Assembly (NCBI GenBank): GCA_023144035.1
Contig: JAGLGM010000008.1
Coordinates: 1-26,084 of the forward strand
Direction of reading: 5' to 3'
Source of the DNA: Candidatus Pacearchaeota archaeon
GTDB taxonomy: Archaea; Nanobdellota; Nanobdellia; Pacearchaeales; GW2011-AR1
DNA length: 26,084 nucleotides
Position numbers and translations under genes: made by a program. This document shows, piece by piece, positions 8,219 to 15,991 of the stretch (position 1 is its first letter; the number at the start of each line of letters is the position of its first letter). The notes beneath the pieces are model-generated. The model saw only the letters and a program-made list of their open reading frames with translations. It searched no databases and was not told the origin of the DNA.

Positions 8219-9265
8219 TTAATAATATTTAAAGAAAGCATATCCACCTTCAGCTCTTTCTAGATTGTATCCTTCGAATTTTTCTTCCGCAGGTTCTTCT
8301 TCAGCTTCTTCAGATTTAGGTTCAGCTTCAACTTTTGGTTCTTCTTTTGGCTCTTCAACAACAGGTTCTTCTTTAGGCTCTTCCACAGGTTCTTCTGCTT
8401 TAGGTTCTTCAGCTTCGTCTGCCATTTCAATAGCAAATTGAATCATTTCCATGCTTGAATTTGAAAGGTCTTTCACTTTTAATTCTTTAGCTTCTGCTTT
8501 TTCTTTGTATCTGTTTATAGCATCTTGTCTTCTAGCTTCTTCTACTGATGCTTTTTCTTTGTTAAGATTTTCAAGAGCTAATTTAGCTTCTGAAAGTTCT
8601 TTAGATAAAGCTTCAGCTTTTTCAATAGCTTCAGTGTTCACTTTTTCTACAGGGTTAGTAGATTGTGTGTTTGTTTCTTCCATAGTATCCTCCTTTCTAT
8701 TTTCTATGTTAAAATTGTCGTTTGACAATGATTGTGAGTTTTGATTTTCTTCTTCAGATTTAAATTGTATTTCTCTATATTTATTTTTTAATTCTTGTTC
8801 TTCATATTTAGTAATAATTTCTTTTAATTCTTTTTCTGATAATTTAGATTTTTCAAATCCTATTGATGTTCCTCTATTTCCAGGAGTAGGTGTTGTACTT
8901 AATTCTAATGCTTCCATATCTATTGGAATAATAAAATTATCACTTTTCTTTTCTTTTACAACTCTTCCAGCAATAGCTCCAATTGAAACTTCACTAATTC
9001 TTCCATCTTTAATTTTTTCAATAATTCCTGAACCATCTTCTTTAATCCATCCTCTATATTCTACTATTTTTCCACCATCTATTGATTTAGATTCTGTAAC
9101 TTTTCCTATTACATTATCAGTAAATCCTTCATGGTCTTTAAGAATTGGTCTTCCATTCATGGTTGGTGCAAATTTTTCTAATTCTTCTGGAATATATTTT
9201 CTGTTATTTCTAGAAATACCTTCTTTAACTGCTGTACCTTTTATAAATATTCTATCTTTGCTCAT
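8219..9265 (-). CDS. Prohead protease fused to an acidic coiled-coil scaffold-like C-terminal region (348 aa)
   Basis: The N-terminal ~150 aa (GISRNNRKYIPEELEKFAPTMNGRPILKDHE...VSIG) resemble XkdF/S78-type prohead proteases. The C-terminal half is Glu/Lys-rich coiled coil ending in EEPK/EEPV repeats. The gene sits immediately upstream of the decoration and capsid genes. Confidence 0.6.
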   Translation of the reverse strand: MSKDRIFIKGTAVKEGISRNNRKYIPEELEKFAPTMNGRPILKDHEGFTDNVIGKVTESKSIDGGKIVEYRGWIKEDGSGIIEKIKDGRISEVSIGAIAGRVVKEKKSDNFIIPIDMEALELSTTPTPGNRGTSIGFEKSKLSEKELKEIITKYEEQELKNKYREIQFKSEEENQNSQSLSNDNFNIENRKEDTMEETNTQSTNPVEKVNTEAIEKAEALSKELSEAKLALENLNKEKASVEEARRQDAINRYKEKAEAKELKVKDLSNSSMEMIQFAIEMADEAEEPKAEEPVEEPKEEPVVEEPKEEPKVEAEPKSEEAEEEPAEEKFEGYNLERAEGGYAFFKYY

Positions 9266-9531
9266 TCTTCTATACTGCTAATACCACCGTCTATATGAAA
9301 CTTAAAATTTTCAGCAACAATTATTCTTCCTTGTTCATCAAATTTTTCTTCAACATCTAATTTTTCAGAATTAATATTTTCACTTGGTCCTTTACCATTA
9401 TGAGTTTTTTTCCATTGTGCTGTAGCAATTGCAAAACTTCTACTTTCAAGTTCGTTATCATTTAATCCAGGATTATCCTTTTTTAATTGAGATTTAATTG
9501 CTAATCTTAGTTTATCGAATTCGGCTGGCAT
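9262..9531 (-). CDS. Hypothetical protein, 89 aa; first gene of the minus-strand structural operon
   Basis: ORF with an ATGA overlap onto the protease gene. Starts ATGCCAGC, like the HNH and portal genes. No family recognised. Confidence 0.55.
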   Translation of the reverse strand: MPAEFDKLRLAIKSQLKKDNPGLNDNELESRSFAIATAQWKKTHNGKGPSENINSEKLDVEEKFDEQGRIIVAENFKFHIDGGISSIEE

Positions 9532-9560
9532 TTTTATAATTTAATATATGTAATATAATA

Positions 9561-9607
9561 TATTAAATCATTTAAATACGTTTTATTAATGACTATATAG
9601 TTAATAA
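9561..9607. repeat. Left arm of a 47-bp inverted repeat (IR-L), upstream of the minus-strand structural operon
   Basis: tattaaatcatttaaatacgttttattaatgactatatagttaataa equals the reverse complement of 10609-10655 at 45 of 47 positions (mismatches at 9580 and 9589). Contains the ATTTAAAT core. Confidence 0.9.
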
Positions 9608-9619
9608 AAATATAATTTT

Positions 9620-10429
9620 CTATATTTTCTGCTTATAAAAATCAGGATGAACCAGTTTTTGCTGTTTTAAATTATGTAAATCTTTTGTTATCCAAATAAT
9701 ATTATCTGGTCCAAAACCATATTTCAATCTTTCAGGTTTCTTTGCACTAAATAATTTTAGAGGAATTATATGGTCTATTTGATAATTATTATAATCTTTT
9801 GGAAATGGTTTTAATTTATTAATTATGTTTTCATAACTTATACCATATTCTTTTGATATTTTTAATTCATGAAGTAATCTGTCTCTTTTAAATATTTGTC
9901 TTAATCTATTTCTTAAATTATTTTTTATTGAAATTTCTCTTCTTTCTTGTGTTTGTTTATGTTTACATATTTTTTTACTGTTTTCTTTTAACATTTTTTT
10001 ATAATTGTTATTTAAATTTATAATAATATATTTATCGAATTTTTTTCTACATAATTTTAATTTTCTAATTATACTCATTTTATTATTACTATCAATAATT
10101 AATTTTTTTATTTCATCTATTTTATTTTCATATTCTTTTTTATCTTGTTTTCTTTCATTTTTATAAAATTTTTTAAGTGCATCAACTGATTTTTTTATAC
10201 GAACTTTTTTTTCATTCAAGTTTAATTTTTGCCAACTTTCTTTTGAACCTTTACTTAATTTTTCAAAATGTTTTTTACTTTTAAAAAAAGATTTATCAGA
10301 AAACCAATCTGGATTATTTTTTCTTCTAACTTCTGTTCTTTTTATTTTCATTTCTTTTGCTTTTTTATCTCCATATTCTTCTTTCCAAGTTATACCTTTT
10401 CTATGAGATTTTTGTCCTTTTGCTGGCAT
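9620..10429 (-). CDS. HNH endonuclease, homing-endonuclease-like (269 aa, Lys-rich)
   Basis: C-terminal HNH motif YQIDHIIPLKLF...GPDNIIWITKDLHNLKQ. The N-terminal KGQKSHRKGITWKEEYG resembles NUMOD-type DNA-binding repeats. Sits between the portal and structural operons near the packaging genes, as HNH genes often do in HK97-like phages. Confidence 0.75.
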   Translation of the reverse strand: MPAKGQKSHRKGITWKEEYGDKKAKEMKIKRTEVRRKNNPDWFSDKSFFKSKKHFEKLSKGSKESWQKLNLNEKKVRIKKSVDALKKFYKNERKQDKKEYENKIDEIKKLIIDSNNKMSIIRKLKLCRKKFDKYIIINLNNNYKKMLKENSKKICKHKQTQERREISIKNNLRNRLRQIFKRDRLLHELKISKEYGISYENIINKLKPFPKDYNNYQIDHIIPLKLFSAKKPERLKYGFGPDNIIWITKDLHNLKQQKLVHPDFYKQKI

Positions 10430-10431
10430 TT

Positions 10432-10554
10432 TTATTTCACCTTTTCTATTCTAATATAGTCTCCTTCTTCAATATCACAATTTTTAGGTATAGTAACTAA
10501 CTTTTGATTAGCTCCTTTATTCTTCCAAACCTTTACAATTATTTGTTTATTCAT
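10432..10554 (-). CDS. Small AbrB/SpoVT-like (looped-hinge-helix) protein, 40 aa
   Basis: Not in the supplied track (too short). ATG is the complement of 10552-10554 and the stop TAA is the complement of 10432-10434. Translation: MNKQIIVKVWKNKGANQKLVTIPKNCDIEEGDYIRIEKVK. The KLVTIPK...GDYIRI pattern is typical of AbrB/MazE-type domains. It ends 2 nt before the HNH start. Confidence 0.45.
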   Translation of the reverse strand: MNKQIIVKVWKNKGANQKLVTIPKNCDIEEGDYIRIEKVK

Positions 10555-10570
10555 AATATTAATTAATATT

Positions 10571-10606
10571 TATAAGTTTATAAAGATTATTATAATAGAT
10601 TATATA
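10571..10606 (+). promoter_or_regulatory. Upstream module copy A (portal operon): TATAAGTTTATAAA...TTATAATAGATTATATA
   Basis: 33 of 36 identical to 19649-19684, upstream of the RNA-repair operon, in the same orientation relative to the downstream gene. Confidence 0.6.
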
Positions 10607-10608
10607 CA

Positions 10609-10655
10609 TTATTAACTATATAGTCAATAATAAAAAGTATTTAAATGATTTAATA
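10609..10655. repeat. Right arm of the 47-bp inverted repeat (IR-R), upstream of the portal gene
   Basis: Reverse complement of 9561-9607 (45/47). The ATTTAAAT core at 10639-10646 lies 55 nt before the portal ATG. Confidence 0.9.
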
Positions 10656-10700
10656 TTAATTATATTTATAGAATAATTTACTATTTAAAATTATCATGGT

Positions 10701-12719
10701 ATGCCAGCTAAAACTAAAAACAAGAATGAAGAAAGATTTTTAATTTATCAACCTAGTAATTTATTAAATAGTAATTTAAATATTTCTGAAAAAATTAAAA
10801 GCGTAGATGTAGCACAAGATTCAACACATCTTGATAAAGAACAAACAAAAAAACTTGGTGAACCTCATCCATTTAATTATCAATTAGTGGAAGGTGTTGC
10901 AAAAAAATTTGGACTTATTCCAGCAGTAATAGATAAAATAACCGATTTTACATTTGGACCTGGAATGTATATTTCAAGTGATAATTTAGAATTAGTAGAT
11001 GCATTAGAAGACTGGATATTATCTTCTAAAATAAATGCTCATTTAAAACCATGGATGAGAGAAGGATTATTAAAAGGAACTTCATATATGGAAATAAGTG
11101 GATTAGATAATCTTAGAAAAAAACCAGTGGTAGTAAATATTAGTTCAGATACAATATTTATAAAAAAAGATAAACATGGAATAATAACTGGATATAATCA
11201 ATTTTTAGGAAATAATTTAAATAAATTAACTAAAGAAAATATAAATTTTTTAAATAAAGATAGAATAATTCAATTTGATTCTAATAAAATAGGAAAATCT
11301 AAATATGGTATGGGATTAGTATTTCCAGCATTACCGGTTATAGATAATTATTTATCTGCTAGTACTTCAATACATAAATTAATGAAAAGAAAAGCTAATA
11401 GTCCTTTACATGTAAAAATAGGAGATATAGAAAAAGAACTTTATCCTGAACAATCTGATATAGATGATATAGGAAAGAAATTACAATTTATGAATGAATG
11501 TACTGAATTTGCAACTGGACCAGATGTTGAAATGAAAGTTATTGATTTTGGAGATATTGGGTCAAAATTTAAAGATATTTTTGATTTAGATATGAAAATG
11601 TTATCTTATGTATTTCAAGTACCAGAAGTTATTTTAGGTTCTGATAGAGGTTTTTCAGGTTCTGCAGAAGTTCAAGATGAAGGATTTGATATGAATATAA
11701 AATCATATCAAGAACAAATAGGATTTATACTTAAGAATAAAATATTTGATATTATTGCTGAACTTCTTGGTTTTAAAGATGTTGAATATGAAGTTATATG
11801 GGGACAACAATCAGAAAAAGAAAAAAATACTTTAAGAGAATCTTATCAAAAATTATTATCTTCTAATATATTATTAAGTCCTGGATTAAAAAAACAATAT
11901 GAAATAAAATTAGCTGAATTAGATGGAATTGATTATAATATAGTCCAAAGAGAAAATGAAATAGCTCAACAAGAAGCTGAAAAGAAAGAAAAAGAATTAC
12001 AAAAAAGTTTACAAAAAGAACAACCATTACAAAAAAATGGACCAGTAAAAAAAGAACCTAATAGAGAACATATAAAACATCATATAGAACATTTAATATT
12101 ATCAGGAAAAGCTCCACAAGAAATAGAAATTAATTTAATGAAAGAATTTGTATTAAGTGAAGAAGAAATAAATAAATTAGTAGAAGAACAAATTGATGAA
12201 TTTGAACAAGATTATTCATTAGAAGATTGGATTGGAGAATTTATACATATAAAGAAAAATATATTAGAAGTTATTGCAAGTGATTCTTTTGAAAATTTAG
12301 CAGCAACTAATAAAAAAGATTTAACACTTGGTAAATTAAATAAAAAAGAAATTGAAAAATTAAGAAATGTTATGGATAAAGGATTTAAAGAAGGAAAAGG
12401 ATTAAAAGCTATTTCTAATGATATTAAAAAAATTGGATTAAAAGATAGATTTATTGAAAAAGATGGAAAAAAGATATTACAAATATCTAAAGATAAAAGA
12501 GCATATGCTATTGCTAGAACTGAAACTGTAAGATTAAGAGCAGAAGGTTCATTACAAGCATTTGAAAGTAAAAATAAAAATAAAGTTATATTTACATTAG
12601 TTTCTCAAAAGCCATGTCCTCAATGTGAATCATTAGATGGAAATGAATATCTAATTAATGAAGCTCATGGAATAATTCCAGTTCACGGTCGTTGTCGATG
12701 TAAATGGGAGGCAAAATAA
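10701..12719 (+). CDS. Portal protein fused to a Mu F / SPP1 gp7-like head-morphogenesis domain (672 aa)
   Basis: The N-terminal ~400 aa have portal-like size and character. A Lys/Glu-rich linker follows. The C-terminal YAIARTETVRLRAEG ... CPQCESLDGNEY ... PVHGRCRCKW matches the conserved end of Phage_Mu_F minor head proteins. Confidence 0.7.
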   Translation: MPAKTKNKNEERFLIYQPSNLLNSNLNISEKIKSVDVAQDSTHLDKEQTKKLGEPHPFNYQLVEGVAKKFGLIPAVIDKITDFTFGPGMYISSDNLELVDALEDWILSSKINAHLKPWMREGLLKGTSYMEISGLDNLRKKPVVVNISSDTIFIKKDKHGIITGYNQFLGNNLNKLTKENINFLNKDRIIQFDSNKIGKSKYGMGLVFPALPVIDNYLSASTSIHKLMKRKANSPLHVKIGDIEKELYPEQSDIDDIGKKLQFMNECTEFATGPDVEMKVIDFGDIGSKFKDIFDLDMKMLSYVFQVPEVILGSDRGFSGSAEVQDEGFDMNIKSYQEQIGFILKNKIFDIIAELLGFKDVEYEVIWGQQSEKEKNTLRESYQKLLSSNILLSPGLKKQYEIKLAELDGIDYNIVQRENEIAQQEAEKKEKELQKSLQKEQPLQKNGPVKKEPNREHIKHHIEHLILSGKAPQEIEINLMKEFVLSEEEINKLVEEQIDEFEQDYSLEDWIGEFIHIKKNILEVIASDSFENLAATNKKDLTLGKLNKKEIEKLRNVMDKGFKEGKGLKAISNDIKKIGLKDRFIEKDGKKILQISKDKRAYAIARTETVRLRAEGSLQAFESKNKNKVIFTLVSQKPCPQCESLDGNEYLINEAHGIIPVHGRCRCKWEAK

Positions 12720-12720
12720 A

Positions 12721-12873
12721 TTGTCTAATAAAAGACCTGAATGTGCAGTAAAAAATTGTGACAATGAAGCAATAATTATTTTTGCAAATAAATTAATATG
12801 TGGAGATTGTTTAATGAAAGTTTATAATAAAAATCAAGAACAAATATGGAAAGAATTGGAGGAAGAAAAATAA
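12721..12873 (+). CDS. Possible small zinc-ribbon protein, 50 aa, TTG start
   Basis: Not in the track. Translation: LSNKRPECAVKNCDNEAIIIFANKLICGDCLMKVYNKNQEQIWKELEEEK. It has CxxxxC...CxxC spacing and exactly fills the gap between the portal stop and the next ATG. The start is non-ATG and no SD is visible, so the call is tentative. Confidence 0.3.
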   Translation: MSNKRPECAVKNCDNEAIIIFANKLICGDCLMKVYNKNQEQIWKELEEEK

Positions 12874-12874
12874 A

Positions 12875-13195
12875 ATGGTAATGGTGCGGGTTCCAGGTTC
12901 TGATAGATTTGTTTTTTTACCAGACCATACAGGAGATGTTATATTAGATTTATCAGACTATTCAGAATTAGACGATACATTACAAAATGAAGATGTAGTA
13001 GTAATTGGTGACTGGGAAGATTATACAGGAACTGGAGAAGCAAATAAAGGAGAAGTTCCTTTACAAGGTATAGAAGATATAGACCCATCATCTCCAAGAG
13101 GACAATTAGAAGGTGGAGAAATTGAAAGAACAGATAGAGGAAATAGAACATCTACTCATAGACAAAGAGCTAAATTAATAACAGTAGAAACATAA
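12875..13195 (+). CDS. Hypothetical acidic protein with a basic tail, 106 aa
   Basis: SD ggaggaag about 10 nt upstream. Asp/Glu-rich body and Arg-rich C-terminus. Visibly less AT-rich than its neighbours. No family recognised. Confidence 0.55.
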   Translation: MVMVRVPGSDRFVFLPDHTGDVILDLSDYSELDDTLQNEDVVVIGDWEDYTGTGEANKGEVPLQGIEDIDPSSPRGQLEGGEIERTDRGNRTSTHRQRAKLITVET

Positions 13196-13196
13196 A

Positions 13197-13607
13197 ATGG
13201 AAATTAAAGAATTAGAATATATAGATGAAAAAAATATTGAAGAAAGAATGATAGAAGTTGAAATCCTTGATGATAATATTAAAGAAAAAAGATTTATATT
13301 AAATACCGGTAATGAAGCACAAATAGAATATTTAACAAATATTATAAATGGAGAATTATCTGGAATAATAATAGAATGTCATGAATTAATAAATATAAAA
13401 ATATCAATAGAAAAATATGATATTACTTTGTATGAAAAACAAGGATTTTATGGTTCTAAATATTTATCTTTACAAAATGATTCTACGTATTCTAATAATG
13501 AAAAGGCACAAAATTATGGAAAAGTTTGGGCTTTAAATGATAGATTAAAAATTAATATTGATGGAGGATTTAATTCTATTATAAAATTTTCTGTGAGGTA
13601 TAAATAA
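13197..13607 (+). CDS. Hypothetical protein, 136 aa
   Basis: ORF tightly packed between its neighbours, with a TAAATG junction downstream. No motif recognised. Confidence 0.5.
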   Translation: MEIKELEYIDEKNIEERMIEVEILDDNIKEKRFILNTGNEAQIEYLTNIINGELSGIIIECHELINIKISIEKYDITLYEKQGFYGSKYLSLQNDSTYSNNEKAQNYGKVWALNDRLKINIDGGFNSIIKFSVRYK

Positions 13608-14222
13608 ATGCCAGAAGTAATTATAGATGGATTCAATAAAACAGCCACTCCGTTAGGAATTAATTCTGAAGGAAATATAAATGTAGTTTTAGATGGGGTA
13701 AGAGTAAGAGAAAGTGGATTAGTTATTGTTCCTAAAGAAGAAGATAGAATGATAACTGGAAACGTATATCAAACGGGTTCGTATTTTAAAAATATGGCAG
13801 ACGGAGCATCTGGATTAATATTTTTATGTACAGGTTCAAGTGATATACATTTTACACTTGAATCAAGAACAGATGGAAATGGAATATTTGAATTTTATGA
13901 AAATGTACAAGTAACAGATAGTGGAGTAATTTTACCAATATTTAATCGTAGTAGACATGCAGAAGTAATAGGAAGTATAATTGATGCAGCTATATGGATA
14001 AATCCTATAGTATCGTCAAGTGGTGGAATGATTCATAGTGCTATGTTTTTAGGTGGTAGTGGACCAGGAGAAAAATTTGCATCAGCTGCTGTATCTATAG
14101 CACCGGAAAATGCAGATTGGTTATTAGAAGCTGGAAGTTGTTATATGGTTAAGATAAAGAATGAAGCATATAGAACTATGAATGTTGATTTTAATATAGT
14201 TATGCATAAACATGGTCATTAA
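13608..14222 (+). CDS. Hypothetical beta-rich protein, 204 aa (possibly structural)
   Basis: Long ORF, translationally coupled to the upstream ORF. Beta-sandwich-like composition. No family recognised. Confidence 0.55.
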   Translation: MPEVIIDGFNKTATPLGINSEGNINVVLDGVRVRESGLVIVPKEEDRMITGNVYQTGSYFKNMADGASGLIFLCTGSSDIHFTLESRTDGNGIFEFYENVQVTDSGVILPIFNRSRHAEVIGSIIDAAIWINPIVSSSGGMIHSAMFLGGSGPGEKFASAAVSIAPENADWLLEAGSCYMVKIKNEAYRTMNVDFNIVMHKHGH

Positions 14223-14241
14223 TCAATAATTTTTAATTATA

Positions 14242-14862
14242 TTAATTTATTATTTTAACACCAGATTTAAATCCTTGAAATAAACTTGGTTTTGATTTTC
14301 CTTTAATAGAAAATGCTGTAGCTGCTAATGCAATAGCATTTACAATATCGTCATGAGTTCTAGCTTCATGAGAGATTTTTGGTAATCGTTCTGGATTATC
14401 TTTATGATATTCAGCTGTAATAGATAAGAATTGAAAATACATTTTTTTATCAATAGCTCGTTTTGTATCTTGATATCGTGGTATATGTAATCTCCCTTCA
14501 TCTCTTGTCATTAATATTTTTAAATTATTAAACATTTCTACTTTAATTTTTTGAGTATACCAAATTCCTTCTATTTTGGGTCCTATTTTTTTCTTTAATA
14601 CATCTGTAACTCCAGCCCCAAGTCCAGTAGTATCTACTATAATTTTTTTAAAGTTAAATATTTTATCTAAAAATTCTGCTCTGTCAATTACTTCTGTTAA
14701 ATCAGGAGTATGTTTAGCTTCCATATATACTACAAATATATCATCTTGAAATGGTAATTGTTCTAAAATTACAAATGCTGTTTCATCTTTTCCAGTTCTT
14801 GCAACGTCAATTCCTAAAATGTATATTGATTTTTGATTATATTCTGCTGTTGGAGTTATCAT
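14242..14862 (-). CDS. terL: Terminase large subunit, nuclease (RNase H-like) domain as a separate ORF (206 aa)
   Basis: IYILGIDVARTGKDETAFVIL, VDTTGLGAGVTD and RTHDDIVNAIALA match the acidic catalytic motifs of TerL nuclease domains. The SD-like GAGGT lies 7 nt before the ATG. The ORF starts at the codon right after the TAA of the ATPase ORF. Confidence 0.8.
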   Translation of the reverse strand: MITPTAEYNQKSIYILGIDVARTGKDETAFVILEQLPFQDDIFVVYMEAKHTPDLTEVIDRAEFLDKIFNFKKIIVDTTGLGAGVTDVLKKKIGPKIEGIWYTQKIKVEMFNNLKILMTRDEGRLHIPRYQDTKRAIDKKMYFQFLSITAEYHKDNPERLPKISHEARTHDDIVNAIALAATAFSIKGKSKPSLFQGFKSGVKIIN

Positions 14863-15639
14863 TTATAATACCTCAAATAAATTATAATTTAATTCAGATT
14901 TTTCTAATATATGTGGAGGAAAAAATCCCATAGCATCTGCAACAAATTCACTTTCATATTCACATCGAAATTGAACATCTGTTAATTCTGCCTTTTCATC
15001 ATCTATAAATTTTTGAGTATATTGTCCAACTTTTACTGCGTCTCTCCATGTTACATTTATTACTTCATAATTCGTATCTTCATAACAACTTCTATAAAAA
15101 TGATTTCTTCTTAGTGGAGTTCCAATTTTAATAACTTGTCCTTTATCGCCTTTACTAGCTAAATATGGTATAAGTACAGAACCCACAACTTCATCTTCCA
15201 TATCTCCTGCTTCTTCAATTATTAAAATATCACAAGTATGTCCTCTTTTAGTTCTTCCTCCATGTGCGCAAGTTATACTTAATATTACACTCCTATTATT
15301 AAATATTAATTCTGATTGTGTATCCTTTTTTAATAAAGCTTGAATGTCTGGATTTTCACTTATCAATTCTCTGATTTTACTATACATTAAATTACTTTGG
15401 TCTTGAATAGGTGCTGCTATTATTATAGTTGTTTTTTCTAAAATAGCCATTAGTAAAATATAAATCGCAACCGCTTGACTTTTTCCTGATTGTCTTGACC
15501 ATTTACCAACTATCTTTCGATAGTTTAAACATTTCATTAAGAATTTTGTTTGATAGAAATATAATTTATAATTAAATAGAAAATCAACAGTATCAAATAA
15601 TAAGTCTTCGTCGTTTTTAAGTTCTTCAATTGTGAACAT
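14863..15639 (-). CDS. terL: Terminase large subunit, ATPase domain as a separate ORF (258 aa)
   Basis: Walker A is GKWSRQSGKSQAV and Walker B is CDILIIEEAG. The size matches a TerL N-terminal domain. The ORF ends in TAA at 14863-14865, directly followed in frame by the ATG of the nuclease ORF. Confidence 0.8.
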   Translation of the reverse strand: MFTIEELKNDEDLLFDTVDFLFNYKLYFYQTKFLMKCLNYRKIVGKWSRQSGKSQAVAIYILLMAILEKTTIIIAAPIQDQSNLMYSKIRELISENPDIQALLKKDTQSELIFNNRSVILSITCAHGGRTKRGHTCDILIIEEAGDMEDEVVGSVLIPYLASKGDKGQVIKIGTPLRRNHFYRSCYEDTNYEVINVTWRDAVKVGQYTQKFIDDEKAELTDVQFRCEYESEFVADAMGFFPPHILEKSELNYNLFEVL

Positions 15640-15946
15640 TTTCTATATCAATTATTTTTACTCCTTCTTTTTCTGCTTTATTCATTTCTGCTCTTGTCTC
15701 CATCCATTTTTTCATTTTATCGTCAAAGTTTTGTACTTGTAGATTTAGATTTTTCACAGTTGCAGGCCAGAATGATTGTTTCATTTTCATTAACATATCT
15801 AACATTTTACTATTCATTCCAAAGTCATCATGAATATTTGCTTCTTTGGCACAAGCTTCTAAAAATTTGGATGCTAAATCTCTAATTCGTCTTTCAGTAA
15901 GAACTACTTCCGCACCATCTTTTATTAGTACAATTTCATCTGTCAT
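15626..15946 (-). CDS. Putative small terminase subunit (106 aa), by position only
   Basis: Overlaps the TerL ATPase ORF start by 14 nt and is the first gene after a terminator. Small helical protein. No motif-level support. Confidence 0.35.
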   Translation of the reverse strand: MTDEIVLIKDGAEVVLTERRIRDLASKFLEACAKEANIHDDFGMNSKMLDMLMKMKQSFWPATVKNLNLQVQNFDDKMKKWMETRAEMNKAEKEGVKIIDIENVHN

Positions 15947-15991
15947 TTTAAATAAAAAAATAAATAAAATAAGGAATTATTTATTCCTTAT
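15947..15991 (-). terminator. Intrinsic terminator between the early-type ORFs and the packaging genes
   Basis: 9-bp perfect stem ataaggaat (15969-15977) / attccttat (15983-15991) with a 5-nt loop. It overlaps the stop codon of the 171-aa ORF. On the minus strand it is followed by UUUUAUUUAUUUUUUUAUUU. Confidence 0.6.

Noticed and set aside
8451-8744. 97-aa plus-strand ORF
   Set aside because: It is antisense to the Glu/Lys-rich scaffold region. Its Ser/Phe/Leu-rich translation is the mirror of GAA/AAG codons.
9589-9616. Sigma70-like promoter ATGACT-N16-TATAAT on the plus strand inside and after IR-L
   Set aside because: It points into the 3' end of the minus-strand HNH gene. TATAAT-like hexamers are abundant by chance in DNA this AT-rich.
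10268-10459. 63-aa plus-strand ORF
   Set aside because: It is antisense to the Lys-rich HNH gene and gives a poly-Phe/Ile product.
9561-10655. The inverted-repeat-flanked 1-kb segment as a Gin/Cin-type invertible switch
   Set aside because: No serine or tyrosine recombinase is encoded in or beside it. Inversion would not swap any coding ends. Each arm sits in promoter position for an outward operon. Only long-read data could test inversion.
12939-13151. 70-aa minus-strand ORF
   Set aside because: It is antisense to the SD-preceded 106-aa ORF and has a Leu-rich shadow composition.
14860-14865. The in-frame TAA in the terminase as evidence for stop-codon reassignment or an obviously dead pseudogene
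   Set aside because: TAA terminates many other well-delimited ORFs here. The TAAATG junction recurs at ordinary gene boundaries (5534-5539, 13605-13610). A GAGGT SD precedes the second ORF, and both halves keep intact motifs. I therefore report it as a split gene that needs read-level verification.
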